Below are positions 37,070 to 51,270 of a stretch of 64,000 nt of DNA, one piece after another. The stretch lies in contig NC_082706.1 of assembly GCF_030144855.1 (NCBI RefSeq), positions 42,470,001 through 42,534,000 on the forward strand, read 5' to 3'. The notes beneath the pieces are model-generated. The model did no database searches, was not told where the DNA came from, and saw only the letters and a program-made list of their open reading frames with translations. Positions within the stretch are counted from its first letter, which is position 1, and each line of letters begins with the position of its first letter. The DNA comes from Hypanus sabinus. Its lineage: Eukaryota. A program made the position numbers and the translations under genes.

Positions 37070-40000
37070 GAAAAGGCCTTTGAGCGTGTTAACATGAACC
37101 AACTGGCTCGGCTTTAGTCTATCAGGTGTTTCGATCACATAATTCAGAGAGTCTGTTTTCTTGATCACCTTGTACGGCCCTTGAAATCTCGCCTGTAGGG
37201 GGTTGGTAACTACAGGGAACTGGACCAAAACCTTATCGCCCACTTGAAATTTTTGTTCTCGGGTTCGTTTATCATACCATTGTTTCATTTCAGTCTGGGA
37301 GTCTTTAAGATTTTGCTTTGCTAACTCGCAAACCTTATAGAGCCTCTCACGGAACCTCAAAACATCGTCAATCATATTGACTTGCACATTTAGACCAGAC
37401 CATTTTTCTTTGAGTAAGGTTAGGGGTCCTCTGGGCCTGTGACTAAAAACGAGCTCAAACGGACTGAACCCCAGAGATTCCTGAACCTTGTCCCTCACTG
37501 CAAATAACAGAAGTGGTAATGCATCATCCCAGTCTCGAGCGTTTTCCTGACAGTAGGTTTTAATCGTGGTCTTTAAAGTCGCGTGGAATCCTTCCAACGC
37601 TCTTTGAGATTCCGGGTGGTATGCAGAGGCTAGAATTTGTTTAACTCCCATCCGTGTCAACATTTGCTGAAATGCACGGGACGTGAAGGTACTCCCCTGA
37701 TCTGACTGTATCTGTCCAGGTAACCCTACCGTGGTGAAAAATTTAATGAGTGCCTTTACTACCGCAGGAGTCCTAATGTTTCCCAGGGGCACAGCCTCTG
37801 GGAATCGAGTAGCAGCACACATCATGATCATGACATACTGCCGCCCACTCGCAGTTCTAGGCAGGGGACCCACAAAATCCACGAGGATTCAGGACAAAGG
37901 CTCCCCAAAGGCAGGTATGGGTCTGAGGGGTGCCTTAGGGATAACCTGATTTGTCTTTCCTACCACCTGACAAGTATGGCACCTTTTTCAATAGTCAGCA
38001 ATATCTTTCCTCATACTTGGCCAATAAAAATCTTTCATAACCCTCTCTACTGTCTTCCTTACTCCCAAATGTCTACCTCGAGGTCCCTTGTGAGCCAAGT
38101 TCAAAACCTCATCCCGATAAACCTTCAGAACTACCACCTGGTGTACCACCGCCCAGTCCTCATCCACTGGCACCGTGGTCGGCCTCCACTTCCTCATTAA
38201 CACTCCCTCCTTCAGATAGTATCCCTCTGGTTCTTTATCAATCTCTACTTCAGAAAGAGCTGATTCTTTCAACACCACAAGCTCCTCATCACGACTCTGT
38301 TCCTTTATAAAGTCCCACCTTGCTAATGATAGATCTAGCTCCTCTCCTTTACTCCCTTTAACCTCACTATTCTCCGCTTTACCACCCTCTAACCCCTCTT
38401 GGTACAGAGTCGGTAAAAACGTCTCCGCTAAATCAACGCTGGACTCATTTAAACTGGCTCCTTTCTCAGCCGCCTTTCTCGACATGCTGCGAGTGAATGC
38501 GCATGCGGGATAAATCTTGGAATTTATGGGCGGGTCCTCAGCGCTTACAGGCTTACTTGTTAGTTTCACTGCTGAATACACGTCACCACCTGCCAGATCG
38601 TGTTACCAAGTAGGACGTCCACGCCCTCCATCGGTAGTTTCGACCTATTTCGACTGGTCCAGATACCAGGTCACATTTCAGAAACATCCTGTGCAAAGGT
38701 ACGGCCTCTGTCCCTTTTCCGATACCCATTAACACAACCTCTCCAGTCTCAGTCTCCGGACCAAAATCCAGCACCTTCCTGAGAATCAATGACTGATCAG
38801 CCCCAGTGTCCCTATCCGCACTGGAACTGGGGTTTCTCCTTCCTTCACAGACACTGGCCCTTCCGAGATAAACTTCTCACGCCCCTCTTGTGCTCTTTCT
38901 ATCTTTGCCTTCCTCATCGATCTGCTGACCGACTCAATGCAACCGGTAGGGACTGCTATTTTCCCTTTTCCTGTCTCCTTCTTCGGAGCAAAGCACTTAG
39001 ATGCTCTATGACCAGCTTTCCCACAATTATAACAGGTAAAACGAGGAACCTTCCTGCCAGCCTGCTTTTCCTCCTCCTCACCTTTTCCACTAGCTCCCGG
39101 CTTATTCTCTGCCTTAGCCGGTGGGCTTTCTCTACCGTCCCTACTGCCTCTCTGGTAGTTCTTGTTTGAGGAAAACTTTGACTTGTGGGTTAAGGCGTTC
39201 TCGTCTGCTAACTTGGTAGTCGCAGACAGAGCCTCCATCTCCTTCTCATCCAAGTACATCTTCATACTCTCAGGGATACAACCTTTGAACTGCTCTATCA
39301 GCATTAACTGTAATAGTTTATCATAATCTCCAACAACCCCTTTTGAGGCACACCAACGTTCACAATACATTTGCAGCTCACGGACAAACTCTAAATATGT
39401 GTGGTTCCATGGCTTTCTCAAGTTCCGGAACTTCTGCCGGTATGCCTCTGGCACCAACTCCTAACTCCTCAGTACAGCCCTTTTTACTTCCTCATAATTC
39501 CTAGACTCCTCCATGGACAATGCCGGTTACATTTGCTGAGCCTTCCCCCTAAGTACGCTCTACAACAGAACAGCCCATTTCCCCTTAGGCCAGTTCTGAT
39601 TCACAGCCACTTTATCAAAATGGAGGAAGAACTTATCGACATCCATCTCCTCGAATGGAGGTACCAACTGAATCTCCCGACCAATCTTGAACCCCTCATT
39701 TGGGTCTGCTGCCCGGTCTCTTACCTGCTGTACCTTTAATTTCTCTATTTCCAGCTCATGCTGCTCCTCTTTCTCCCTTTCCTCCCTCTACTTATCAGCT
39801 TCCTCCTTCTGCCTTGCAGCCTCTTCCTTCTCCCTTTCAGCCTCCTCTCTCCTCCTTTCAGCCTCCATCTCCTTTATCCGGAGCTGCCTTTTCTCTTTCT
39901 CCTCAACCAACCTTAATTTTTCCATCTCTAACTGAACCTCCCCCTCGGCTGGTTTCCTATCAGGGAACAGGTCCAATACATCCGATGTGAACACACCCTC

Positions 40001-40571
40001 GGATACATAATGCATAGATATTACTCTCTGTATATCCAACTTTCTCATCGACGATTTCACCGCCGAGAGATTTAATCATTTCGCAACACTCACCAATTCC
40101 GCCTTCCTGTCATTCTCCAATGCCCCCGAAGTCGGATCTTTAAAAAATTTGTCTATTTCCATCTCTGCTGGTTTCCCGTCTCGTTATCCACGCAACCAGA
40201 TCAGATAAGGGACTTTTGTCCCGATTTTTGCCCCCCCACCCCCAATTTGGTAATCAAATCCCAGAAGACGAGGCCCCAATTTGTTACATACCCCGTAACT
40301 GGGTGTCTGACCAGCAGAGAAAGGAGAATCCGTTGGAGTCTGGTGGTACTATATTCAAAAGTGTTTATTAGTAAAATAAGCAAATCAATACCAATAATGC
40401 AAATATATAGATTACACAAGTCAGCAATAATAAACCTAAAAGTGTAGGAATAATAATAAGCAATAATAAACAAGCTCTATCGATGTCTAGGTGTAAATGA
40501 ATTGTCATAAAAAGTATAAAGTTCAATTCAATTCATGCGTGCTGAGGTAGATATGGTTGTTGTGTTGTAAT

Positions 40572-40642
<71 letters not shown>

Positions 40643-41261
40643 GTGTAACAGCAACTGTTGCAGTAGGCAAACCTTTTACTCCTTTCTTAATCCGTCGTGT
40701 CGGATTGACAATTCATAGCCATTCAGCTATGACCCCTCTGTCATTCAGCTAGACCGTTCTTCTGTGGTGAGCTCGTCACTCTGGCATGAGTGGACATACG
40801 CACAAGTCCCCACCGGCCCTGCTATAACACTGTGAGTTTAACTTACCGATCTCCTGGTTCGGTCTCCGAATCCCCCAACTTTCCTGTGGGTTCCAACACT
40901 CAATCAGTGTCCACTGGTGTGTCTGAAGGGAGTCTCTCCAGACCTGTCTTTTATCCCTACTCACGGGGTCTCAGCTATCCATCAATTTTGAATGACTGCG
41001 TCCATCAAACCAGCCCACTCCTGCAGTCCACTGAGGAATGTTAATGAGCAAAATGGTAGAAGACAAATAACCCTTGCTGAAGTCATAATACCGTAAATCA
41101 CCAAGTTTCTCTCCCCTCTCTTAATTGTAGCAGATGTTCTTGCATGGTTTTTCATCTCTCTCTCTCATGAGCAGCATAGCAACAGTAATGGTTCATGATT
41201 CTCAGGGGGGGATGGGTAACTGCACCCCATTGTCCATCAGATCAGTTCATCGCTCATAACA
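37070..41261 (-). mobile_element. Gmr1-like Gypsy LTR retrotransposon, 3'-truncated (LTR, gag/SCAN, CCHC, PR, IN)
   Basis: ORF 38786..39457 has PEAYRQKFR...LIEQF (SCAN-like capsid) and CYNCGKAGH..SKC; frameshifted RDTGA protease; HHCC and rve integrase (37025..37882) follow protease directly; degenerate PBS-Pro at about 40257-40278; no RT or second LTR. Confidence 0.88.
40282..41261 (-). repeat. 5' LTR of the Gmr1-like element (~980 bp), containing (GA)n at 40574..40638
   Basis: TGTTA...TAACA inverted termini adjacent to the PBS. Confidence 0.75.
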
Positions 41262-41524
41262 TATGTTATTAAACTGGAAAGAATGCTGAGAAGGTTCTCA
41301 GGGATGTCGCCAGGACAATAGGAGCTGAGTTATCGAGAAAGTATGGATAGGCTCAGACTTTACCCTTCAGAGCATGGGACATTGAGAGGTGATTGGATAG
41401 AGATGTAGAAAATTATGCAGGGCTGACATAGGGAGATTCTACACAGTCCTTTTCCCAGTGTCGGGGAATCAAAAACCGGAGGGCACAGTTCAAGATGAGA
41501 AGGGAAAGATTTAGTAGGTCCCAC

Positions 41525-41990
41525 TAAGAAGCACCTGGCCGTTGTCTCCTGTACCATCACTGAGCTTACTGACTCTGGGGACCTCTCAACCACTACCAAC
41601 AACTTCATACCTGCACCTCCCGTTTCTACCTCTCAAGTAGCCTGAACCTGTTTGTTCAGGTAAACCCATTGTTTCTGCCTGCTCCTGCTCCATCGAACTC
41701 GTGTCTGCATACCTCAACTCTGTTTTATCAACCCTGGTTCAGTCTCTTTCTACCTACATGTGAGATACTTCACACACTCTTGGCCTTTACAAATACCTTA
41801 ATTTCCCTGACACTGATTCTCATTTTAACTCTGCATGTCCAGTCCCTATACACATGCATCACCCATCAGGATGTCCTAAAAGCCCTCTGTTTCTTTCTGG
41901 ACAACAAACCAAACCGAGTTCCCCTCCACCACTTCTCTCCTCCTCCTGGTGGAACCAATCCTCACTCTCAATAATTACTTCTCTGGCTCC
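41525..41990 (+). mobile_element. Penelope-like element RT fragment
   Basis: Decayed GKPIVSACSC-like, DVQSLYT.I.HQ..L.AL.FFL and LTLNN motifs. Confidence 0.6.
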
Positions 41991-42239
41991 TTGGCCATGC
42001 AGGCACTGTTCTGGAATAGTTTCAATATTTCTTGCTTATTCATTTATATTATTTTTTCTCCTTTTTGCATTTGCAGTTTGTTGTCTTCTGCACTTTGATT
42101 GAATGCTCTAGTTGGGTGGTCTTTCATTGATTCTGTTAGAGTTACTATTCTATATATTTGTTGAGTATGCCCACGAGAAAATTAATTTCATGGTTAATCA
42201 GTGATGTATGTGTACTTTCATAATAAAATTTATTTTGCT

Positions 42240-42500
42240 GGCCATTCGTTATAGCAGTCTCTTAAACTCTTTGGAGTTAAATGACTGCAGTTCAGAAGCG
42301 CCACCAAGAATATTCTGGAGGCTGCTGAAAAGGCCTTGCGGTGGCTTTGGGTCCGGAGGGGGATCGGTGGATTAGTGTGCCAATTGGACACAAGTCGGGG
42401 GCTGATCACCCCTGGCTGGATGGCCCAGGTGAGGCTGTCTCATAATTAAAGACCCGAAACATCCTATGACCCTGAATCCAAGTAGCACCAGAAGGTGTAT
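42240..42500 (+). mobile_element. 3' fragment of an RLE-type (HERO/R2-group) non-LTR element
   Basis: Encodes ...ILEAAEKALRWLWVRRGDRW, resembling the HERO C-terminus. Confidence 0.55.
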
Positions 42501-45500
42501 TCTACAACTTCTTTGTACCTTGAACGTTGAACCTGTTGCTACTGGGGAAGAGCACTGGTGATAAGCCAACTGTTGAGCTCCACGCTATTGTACCAATCAG
42601 TTACTACAGTTCTCACTACTTGCCTTTATTGCAATAAGGTTTTAATTGCTATTTATATCGTACTTTTCTTGTCATGTTAAACTGGAATAGGAATTGGTAT
42701 GTTATTGTCACAAGTACCTCGGTAAGTACAGTGAAAAAATTGTCAGAATCAGAATCAGGTTTATTATCACTAATACATGTCATGAAATTTTGTGTTTTGC
42801 AGCAGCAGTACAGTGCAAGGCATAAAAAACTATAAGCTACAAAAATAAATAGTGCAAAAGTGACTAGTGAGACAGTGTTCATGGTTTCACGCATCATTCA
42901 GAAATCCAATAGTGGAGGGAATGAAGCTGATCTGGAATCTTTGAGTGTTTGTCTACAGGCTCCTGTACTCCTCCCTGATGTTACTAAGGTGAACGGGGCA
43001 TGACTCAGATGTTGAGAGTTCTTAGTGAGGTACTGCCTATTGAGGATGTCCTCAATTGTGGGAAGTGCTGTGCCTGTTTCAGATGTCAACTTCCACAGCC
43101 ATTTGCGATCCTATAAATTGGAGCCTCCATACTCTGTGGCGATGTAACCAGTCTGAATGGTCTGTGCCATACTTCTGTAGTAATTACTGGGCTTTGGAGA
43201 TATTCGAAAACTCCGCAAGCTCCTAATCTTGCAGACTGCTGGTGTGGCTGCGTCAGTAAAATAATAGAAGAATAAATTCCAATAGCTACAGATAAACGGG
43301 GAAGGTGCAGTGTCATCTACTTTATGTTTGATTACCTGCCAATAAAACTAACTGTTTCTCTGTACTTATTCTGTAGATTTTAAGATTTCTTTATCTGCAA
43401 GCTTGACATGTCAAGGCAGTATTGGCCAAGCCTTTCTATTGTTCACAGACAATTCCTATGAGAGAAGGCTTCCTTACCTAAGCTGCTGGAACTAGTTTGC
43501 AATGGATTGGTACTGGTTTATTATTGTCATGTGTACCACGTTTCAAGTAGACAGTCTGGTAAAGAAGGCATATAGGAGGCTTCTCTAAACTTAGATAATT
43601 AGATACAAGGCTTCTCATTGGTTGTGGTATCGGGTATAGAAGAGTCAGGAAGTCACACTGAAGCTGTAGAAAACCTTGGTTAAGGACACACTTGGAGTAT
43701 GTTGTGCAGTTTTGGTCACCCCATTACAGGAAGGGTGTGGAAGCTTTGGACAGGGTGCAGAAGGTGTTCACCAGGATGCTGCCTGGATTAGAAGGTATGA
43801 GCTATAAGAAGAGGGTGGACAAAAAACGGGCTGTTTTCTCTGGAGCAGAGGAGGCTGAGAGGACACCTGGCCTGTCTATTAATTGGAATTGGAATCGGTT
43901 TATTACTAAAGGTACCTTTATGTACCAAATGTACAAAGAAAATCATTACATAATGCATCGAAGTAGAACAAGGTAAAACAATAACAGGATGCAGAATAAA
44001 GTATACCAGTTAGAAAGAAAGTGCAGTGTTGGTAAACAGTAAGGTGAAAGATCATAACAAGGTAAATTGTGAGGTCAAGAGTGTAATTTTATCAGTCAGG
44101 AGGTTCATTCAACTGTCTGATAACAGCAGGATAGAAGCTGCCATTGAACCTGATAATATGGACTTTCAGACTTTGGTATCTTCTGCCCGATGGGAGAGCA
44201 GAGAAGAGAGAATGTCCAGGGTGGGTTGGGTCTGCGATTATCCTGTCTGCTTCATTGAGGCAGTGGGAAGAGTAGACAGCCCATGGAGGTGAGTCTGGTT
44301 TCTGTGATGTGCTGAGTTGTGCCCACAACTCTCTGCAATTTCTTGCGGACTCGAACAGAGCAGTTGCCGTAGGAAGTCGTAATATATCTGGACAGAATGC
44401 CATCTATGGTGTATTGATAATCGTGGTAAGCTTCAAAGAGGACCTGGCCAATTTCTTTAAAATCCTGCGGAAGTAAATGTTTTGGTGAACCTTTGTGACA
44501 CATGGTCTCCATCTGAGGGGGACGTGCCCTTTTTTTATCCTCCTGAGGATGTGGAGGCAATCGCCAGTTTCTTTGTTACTGGCCTTACTTTTCATTCATG
44601 CTTGCCTGCTTTCTCTTTGCAGTAGTCACTGTTGAAAGTGGCACTGGTGACCACTACTTCGATGAACATTGAATAAAATAGCCACAACAATAAGATTTGT
44701 GCCTCATTCTTTTATTCCAAATATTTTCCTGGACAAAATTATCGCCAGCATCACCAAGATTTCAAGAAGAAGCTGCTGGATTGTTTTACTGGCAGCAGAC
44801 GAGGTTGAGTTCCAGTTGACACACAATTGACCGTGAGAGATTGGGCCCAGGTCCACAGCTCCTTGAAAGTGGCCACACAATTTGAAATGTTGATAAAGAA
44901 GCTTGCTTTCATAGGTTGGAGGGTTGGGTACATACTCAGTAAGTCAAATTGCAGCTGTAGAAAATTCCATTTGGACCGTTCCTGGAGTATTAGAACAGAG
45001 AACAGAGTACAGGCCCTTTGGCCCACAGTGTTCTAACCTTTCTCTCCCACATAACCCTCCATTTTTCTTTCTTTCTTGCCTTTCTAAGAGTTTCTTCAAT
45101 GTCCCCAATGTGTCTGCCTTTACCACTATTCCCCGGGAATGTGTTCCATTACCCACCACTCTCTGTGTAAAAGAAAATCCAGCTCTGACTTTCCCCCTGC
45201 ACTTTCCTCCAGTCACCTGAAACTAACATCACCAAGTATTAGCCATTTCTGCTTTGAGTTTAAGGTGAGGGGAAGGGGGTAGGTTCATATGAGATGCATG
45301 GAACGAGTTTTTTTATTACAAAGAGAGTGCTGGCTGTCCACTCTATCCATGCGTCTTATCATCGTATAGGCATTATCACATCACCTCTCCTCCTCCTTCA
45401 CTCCAAAGAGAAAAGCCCTAGCTCACTCAATCTTTCCTCATTAGGCATGCTCTCAGAGTCAGGCAGCATCTGGCAAATCTCCCCTGCAACCTCTCTAAGG

Positions 45501-47202
45501 CGTTCAAAGCCTTCCTATAATGTGGCAGCTGGAAGTGAACACAGTACTCCAAGTGTGGTCTAACAAGATAATAAAGCTGCAACATTACTTCATGGACGAT
45601 GAATTCAATCCCCCAACTGATGAAAGCCAACACATCATACATTATACTGTCTGCAGTTCGGGGCCCCCTATTACAGGAAGGATATGGAGACTTTGGAGAA
45701 GGTCCAGGAGAGGTTCAGCGATATGATGCCTGGATTAAAGGGTATGAGCAATTAGGAGAGCTTGGACATGCAGGGTTGTTATCCTTGAATAGCAGAGGTT
45801 GAGTGGAGATGTGATCGAACTTCAGAATCAGAATCAGTATCAGGTTTATTATCACTGGCATGTGTCGTGAAATTTGTTAACCTAGCAGTTCAATGCAATA
45901 CATAATATAGCAGAGAGAGAGAAAAAAAACATGTAAATCAATTACGTATATTGAACAGATTATTAAAACATGTTTAAGAACAGAAATACTGTATTTTTTT
46001 TAAATGAGTTAGTGTCCAAAGCTTCAAAGCTGTGTAAGTTGATGAGAAGTAGAGACAGAATAGCCAGCTGTATCTTTTTTCCCCGAGGTCAGATTGTTTA
46101 ATAGTAGAGAGCATACATCTGAGGTGATAAGGGGGAAATTCAAAGGAAATGTATGGGGCATGTTTCTTACACAGAGAGTGGTGGGTGCCTTTGGCAGAGA
46201 TGACGGTGGAAGAAATTTACCAAATAACAAACCAATTTACCAATTCAAATAAATCAGAGGCATTTCAGAGGTTGTTAGGCAGACAGATGAATGTGAATAG
46301 AATGGAAGGAAATGGATCACATGTGGGCAGATGGGATTTAATTCATAACAGCCCCATGATCAGCACACACATGGGCTGAAGGGCATGCACCTGTTCTGTA
46401 CTGTTCTTTGTTCTACCAAGTAATATAATTCAGGTATAATTATATACAAGCATCTGTATTTTTAGCATCAGATTACTCCATGTAATCCCAGAATACCGTT
46501 GCCATAATTGGATCTCAGTCCTGTCCCAGTTTAAGATTGGGTTAACAATCTCCTAATGAATTGCTCTCTTCTACTATTCCCCCTTTTACTCATGAAATCA
46601 CCATGGCAATGTTATAGCTGTGTAACATTTACTAAGGTCACATAGTACTATTTACTAAGGTCACAGCTGGAGCATAGTACTATTACTCTTATTTAGCAAA
46701 TAATATGATGCTGACTGCAGTCTAGAAAAACATTATAATTTATAGAATAAAAGGGTAGTCCTAGCTCCAGGGGCAAATGAAATTGTTTTGGAGTTCAGAG
46801 TTCAGAAGAATAGGGAGTGACAACACTGAAACATTGCAGATATTCAAAGAACAGGGCAGGGTGTGTCACACTACACAGAAACAGGCTTTTCAGCCTTACT
46901 GCTAGAGCAAAGTGGGCAGTATCAGTCCCCGAGCCCTGTGTCAATCCCTCAACTGATCCCATTGGCCAAATCCTCCCACAACCCTGTATCAGAGCCAAAC
47001 CAACCCCAGTCAAAGTCATGACAAAAGCTCATCCCATGGAATATCTCATCGGCCTTCACTTGTGATGTTTAAAGAATGTTATTATTTGCTCCTTTAATAA
47101 AGACCTGCCATCTATTGATTTCTGCAAAAGATTTATGCATTACTGTGGAGTTTTAGTGATAGTTAATATATCCCTGATCTATTTTCCTTGTTTAGCTTTA
47201 CC

Positions 47203-47242
47203 ATGGGAATCCAATCAGCAAGACTGTTGCTGATATGTTACC
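47203..47242 (+). CDS. Alpha-tectorin-like coding exon 1 (signal peptide start MGIQSARLLLICY)
   Basis: Acceptor TTTTCCTTGTTTAG ends at 47195; Kozak ACCATGG; donor GTGAGT; phase 1. Confidence 0.65.
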
Positions 47243-47338
47243 GTGAGTGTTTGGAACATCAAGATTTGACAAATATAATATTACTGTGTAGGCAACTGTT
47301 ACTAAACATTAAGTGAACTTGGATATCTTTTCTATTAG

Positions 47339-47502
47339 NNNNNNNNNNNNNNNNNNNNNNNNNNNNNNNNNNNNNNNNNNNNNNNNNNNNNNNNNNNNNN
47401 NNNNNNNNNNNNNNNNNNNNNNNNNNNNNNNNNNNNNNNNNNNNNNNNNNNNNNNNNNNNNNNNNNNNNNNNNNNNNNNNNNNNNNNNNNNNNNNNNNNN
47501 NN
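47339..47502. other. Assembly gap (164 N)
   Basis: Run of N. Confidence 1.
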
Positions 47503-47912
47503 GAGAAGAAGGGAGAGGCCAAGAGGGAGGGGGAGGGATGGGATGAGGGCGGGGGAAGGGGGAGGGAGTGGGAGTGGGAATGGGAGTATGGGAGTGGAAG
47601 AAGGGAGGTAGAAGAAGAGGGAGAGATCTCAAGGATTCTTCTCGGGGCTGCTGTTTCCGCCCACCTACGGAGAATAGACGAGTAGTTTAATCTGCTACTG
47701 TGAATTTCCTGCACCCAGCACCCCCTCCTACGGGTCGGTGGGAATTCAAGGAGAATGAAATGGGATTGACGACATTGTGAGTCTGATGGTTGTCTGAGGG
47801 GTTTGTTATCGTTCTATACAACTCTATGACACTTCCTACTTAGAAACAATTTCATTGGATCTGAGGTAAAGTTTTCGCATCTGTCTAATGCGCGTTTCCA
47901 TCTCCCCCACAG

Positions 47913-47951
47913 TTTTCCTATCGGAGGTAGCTTTCACGGTGTTCTCCTTGG
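47913..47951 (+). CDS. Alpha-tectorin-like coding exon 2 (LFLSEVAFTVFSLG)
   Basis: Branch-like CTAAT, pyrimidine tract and CAG acceptor; G|GTAAGT donor; 39 nt, phase 1-1; completes a hydrophobic signal peptide. Confidence 0.65.
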
Positions 47952-50939
47952 GTAAGTCATTGCAAAGTATTATCGTGTCTTCCTTTACGAGGTTTGTTGG
48001 GTGCCTACGCTCTGAGCGCAGCGGCTGTCCCGAGTTCTCCGTTATACACCTTTTCAGCTCCGTGCTCCATCTCACATCGACCTGTCCGTCCTCGGACATC
48101 TTCACCACCGGCCTCAGGCCCAGCTGAGTATTGTGTATCTCTGGGAAGGATGAACGTTGACATTTTAAAGCATCACGGAACTGTTCCCATAACCGATGGA
48201 CTCACTGTCCAGGACCCTTCACAGCATTTACTCGATACTTATTGCTTATTTATTTATTATTAATATTATTGTGTTTTTCCTATTTCATATGTGCAGTTTG
48301 TTATCTTTTGCATATTGATTGCCTACCCATATTGGGTGCGTTCCTTCATTGATTCTGTTATTGTTATTAGATTTATTGAATCTCACGGTTATACACTATA
48401 TGGTAAAGCAAATGCACTTTGATAATAAAATTTCTTTGAACTTTTAAAGTTAAATTAGAGCTTATTGTAAGATGAACAAGTCCATGTGTGCACAGGTGCA
48501 ATAATAAACGTACTTGTAGCAGCAACACAGACACAGAGCATCAGAGACACAACATTCACAAGAAGAAAGAGAAATTAAACATAAATTATGCACAAGTGTT
48601 GCAAGAAAGAAATGAATCGGAACAAAACAACAAAGCCCTTTATGGTTCTAGTGTTGCTATACTGAGGTAGTGATCGGGGTGTGCCGGATGGTTCAAGAAC
48701 AGAATGGTTGGTTGAAGGGAAGTAACTGTTCCTGAACTTGGTGGTGTGGGACTTCAGGCTTCTGTACTTCCTGCCAGTGGAAGCTGCAAGAAGATGGCAT
48801 GGCCTAGACCAGATGGTGAGGATACTTAATGATGGATATTAATAAAACATAGCAGCAGAAGTAGGCAATTCCGCCCAACGAATTTGCTTCAGTCTATGAT
48901 AGCTGATTCATTTTGTTGCATTCTTAATGCAGCAACTGATGGATTCAACTGATGGCGCAGTGAAATGTGCCCCTGATATATTGAGCTGAGTCCACTTTTC
49001 TCTGCAGGTACATGAGCTTGAAGCCCATGCACCACCAGATTAAGGAACAGCTACTTCCCGTCAGCCTTTTGCTTCTTGAACGAACCGGAACAACCCTAAT
49101 CACTGCCTCAGTACAGCAACAGGAGTAGCATTTTATACTTATTTTAAGATTCTTATTTTAGTTTTCTGTTTTTTTTTGCAAAATTGTGTTTATGTATAAA
49201 TTCATGTTTTTCCTGTGAATGTTGCTCGTCTATTGCTCTGCGCGTGTGATGCTGTTGTGAGCAAGTTTTACTTTGCACCAGTGAACATGTGGACTTGTGC
49301 ACCTGAAAATAAACTTTACTGTGTCCTTGACTTAGGCACTGCTGAGTGTTTGAATTGCCATTCCAGGTTATTTCCCTTTCATGCTTGGCTTCTGCTGACA
49401 CGAGCGGTAATTTCCCCACATCAAACCCAAGAAGAATTGATTCTAGCTAACTCCTTGATCTCAACTTTGTGAATACCATCTAAAACCATACCAACCAGAC
49501 AAACCAGCAACAACAATTATAATCTTATTTGCAGTAAACACAATAACCGTGTTTGCCCATATTATATACTGTACTCCTCTACAAGATGTTACAAAGAGTT
49601 GTACAGGTTTCCGTAAGTAAATAATACTATTTATTTATTTACTTAGCTATAAAGCGAAGAACTGGCCCTTCCAGCCAAACATCAAACCTAGCCTAATCAT
49701 GGGAGAATTTACTGATTAGTAGGTTAATGACTAATTAACTTACTAACCGGCACTTTTTTTTGGACTGTGGGACAACACTGGAGCACCTGGAGGAATCCTA
49801 CACATAAACAGGGAGAACGTAGAAACTCCTTAAAGAAAATGCCGTTATTGAACTCTGAACTCTGACACCCTGAGCTGTCATTGCATCGGGCTAACCATGA
49901 ATTACCATGGCACAAGTTAAAAGCACACAAAATCACTCCACATGATAACTGTACATAAAACATAAAACATTATAGCTCTTCAGCCCACAATGTTCTGCCA
50001 AACTAACTAAACTAATCCCTTCTGTCTACACAATGTCCATATCCCTCCATTCCCTGTACATTCATTTGCTTAGCTAAGAGTCTCTTAAATGCCTCTATCA
50101 TATCTGCCTCCACCATCACCTCAGGGAGCACATACAGGCATCCACCACACACTGTGTAAGAAAACTTGTCCCGCACATCTCCTTTGAACTCCCCCCCCCC
50201 AACTTCAACACATGTTCTCCAGTAATAGATGCCACCTCTCTACTCTATCTGTGCCTTTCATAATCTTAAAAACCTCTATCAGATCTCCCCTCAGCCCTTG
50301 CCACTCCAGAGGAAACAACACATGTATGTCCAACCTCTACTTATAGCGACTGCCCTCTAAACCAGGCAGCATCCTAGTGAACCTCTTTTGCACTCTGTCC
50401 GAAACCTCCACATCTTTCCTGTTTATGGGCGACCGTAACTAAATTCAATACCCCGATTGTGACTAGAGTTTTATAAGGCTGTAACATAACTTCCTGACTC
50501 TTTCAAAGTATGCTTGACTGAAATGGTCAGCACAGATTTGATGGGCCAAAGAGCCACTCGCTATGCAGGAAAAGCGTGTTGACACTTCTAGGCAGATATG
50601 AATTTAATGCAAGATAGAATCAAAGAAAGAGAGATAGATTCCCTGAAAGTGGTGATACAGGTGGACAGGGAGTTTGGTATTCTGATCCGAGTGATAAGAA
50701 CAGGACTGGAACGTTATGTTACAGTTGTACAAGACATCAGCGAGACTGCACGGAGCATTGTGTTAGATTCTGGTCGCCCATCTGCAGGGAGGATGTACGG
50801 TACTGGAGGGCTTGAGTATAAGGCGAGGATAGATAGGCTGGGATTGTTTTCCTTGGAGGAAAGGAAGATGAGGAGTGATGATCGCACTGCCTCAGTAAAG
50901 AAGCATTGAACAAGATGGGTGGAACCATCCATATTCCAA

Positions 50940-51270
50940 GCCTACACCAGTATCACTCCCTAACTCTTCCTACACTACATCGACAACTGCATTGATGCTG
51001 CCTCCTGCATCAATGCTCAGTCCGTCGACTTCATTAACTTCAACGCCGCCGTCAAACTTACCTGGTCCATTTTCGACATCTCCCTCCCCTTTCTCAATCT
51101 CTGGAGACAGTCTATCTATTGATATCGTTTATACACTCTCACAACCACCTGGACTATGCCTCTTCCCACCCTGTCATTTGTCTTCCTCTGTCTCCGCCGC
51201 ATCTGCTCTCAGTAAGAGGCTTTTCATTCCAGAACTAATGAAATGTCCTCCTTCTTGAAAGAAAGAGTCT
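50940..51270 (+). mobile_element. Penelope-like RT fragment
   Basis: LFLHYIDNCI (YIDD-like) and F.WSI motifs. Confidence 0.6.

Noticed and set aside
47259-47714. ORFs spanning the N run
   Set aside because: Artefacts of the assembly gap and purine-rich low-complexity sequence.
49586-49612. Possible 27-nt phase 1-1 microexon of the tectorin-like gene
   Set aside because: Weak AAG acceptor, not needed for frame, and it adds an unpaired Cys; RNA evidence would be required.
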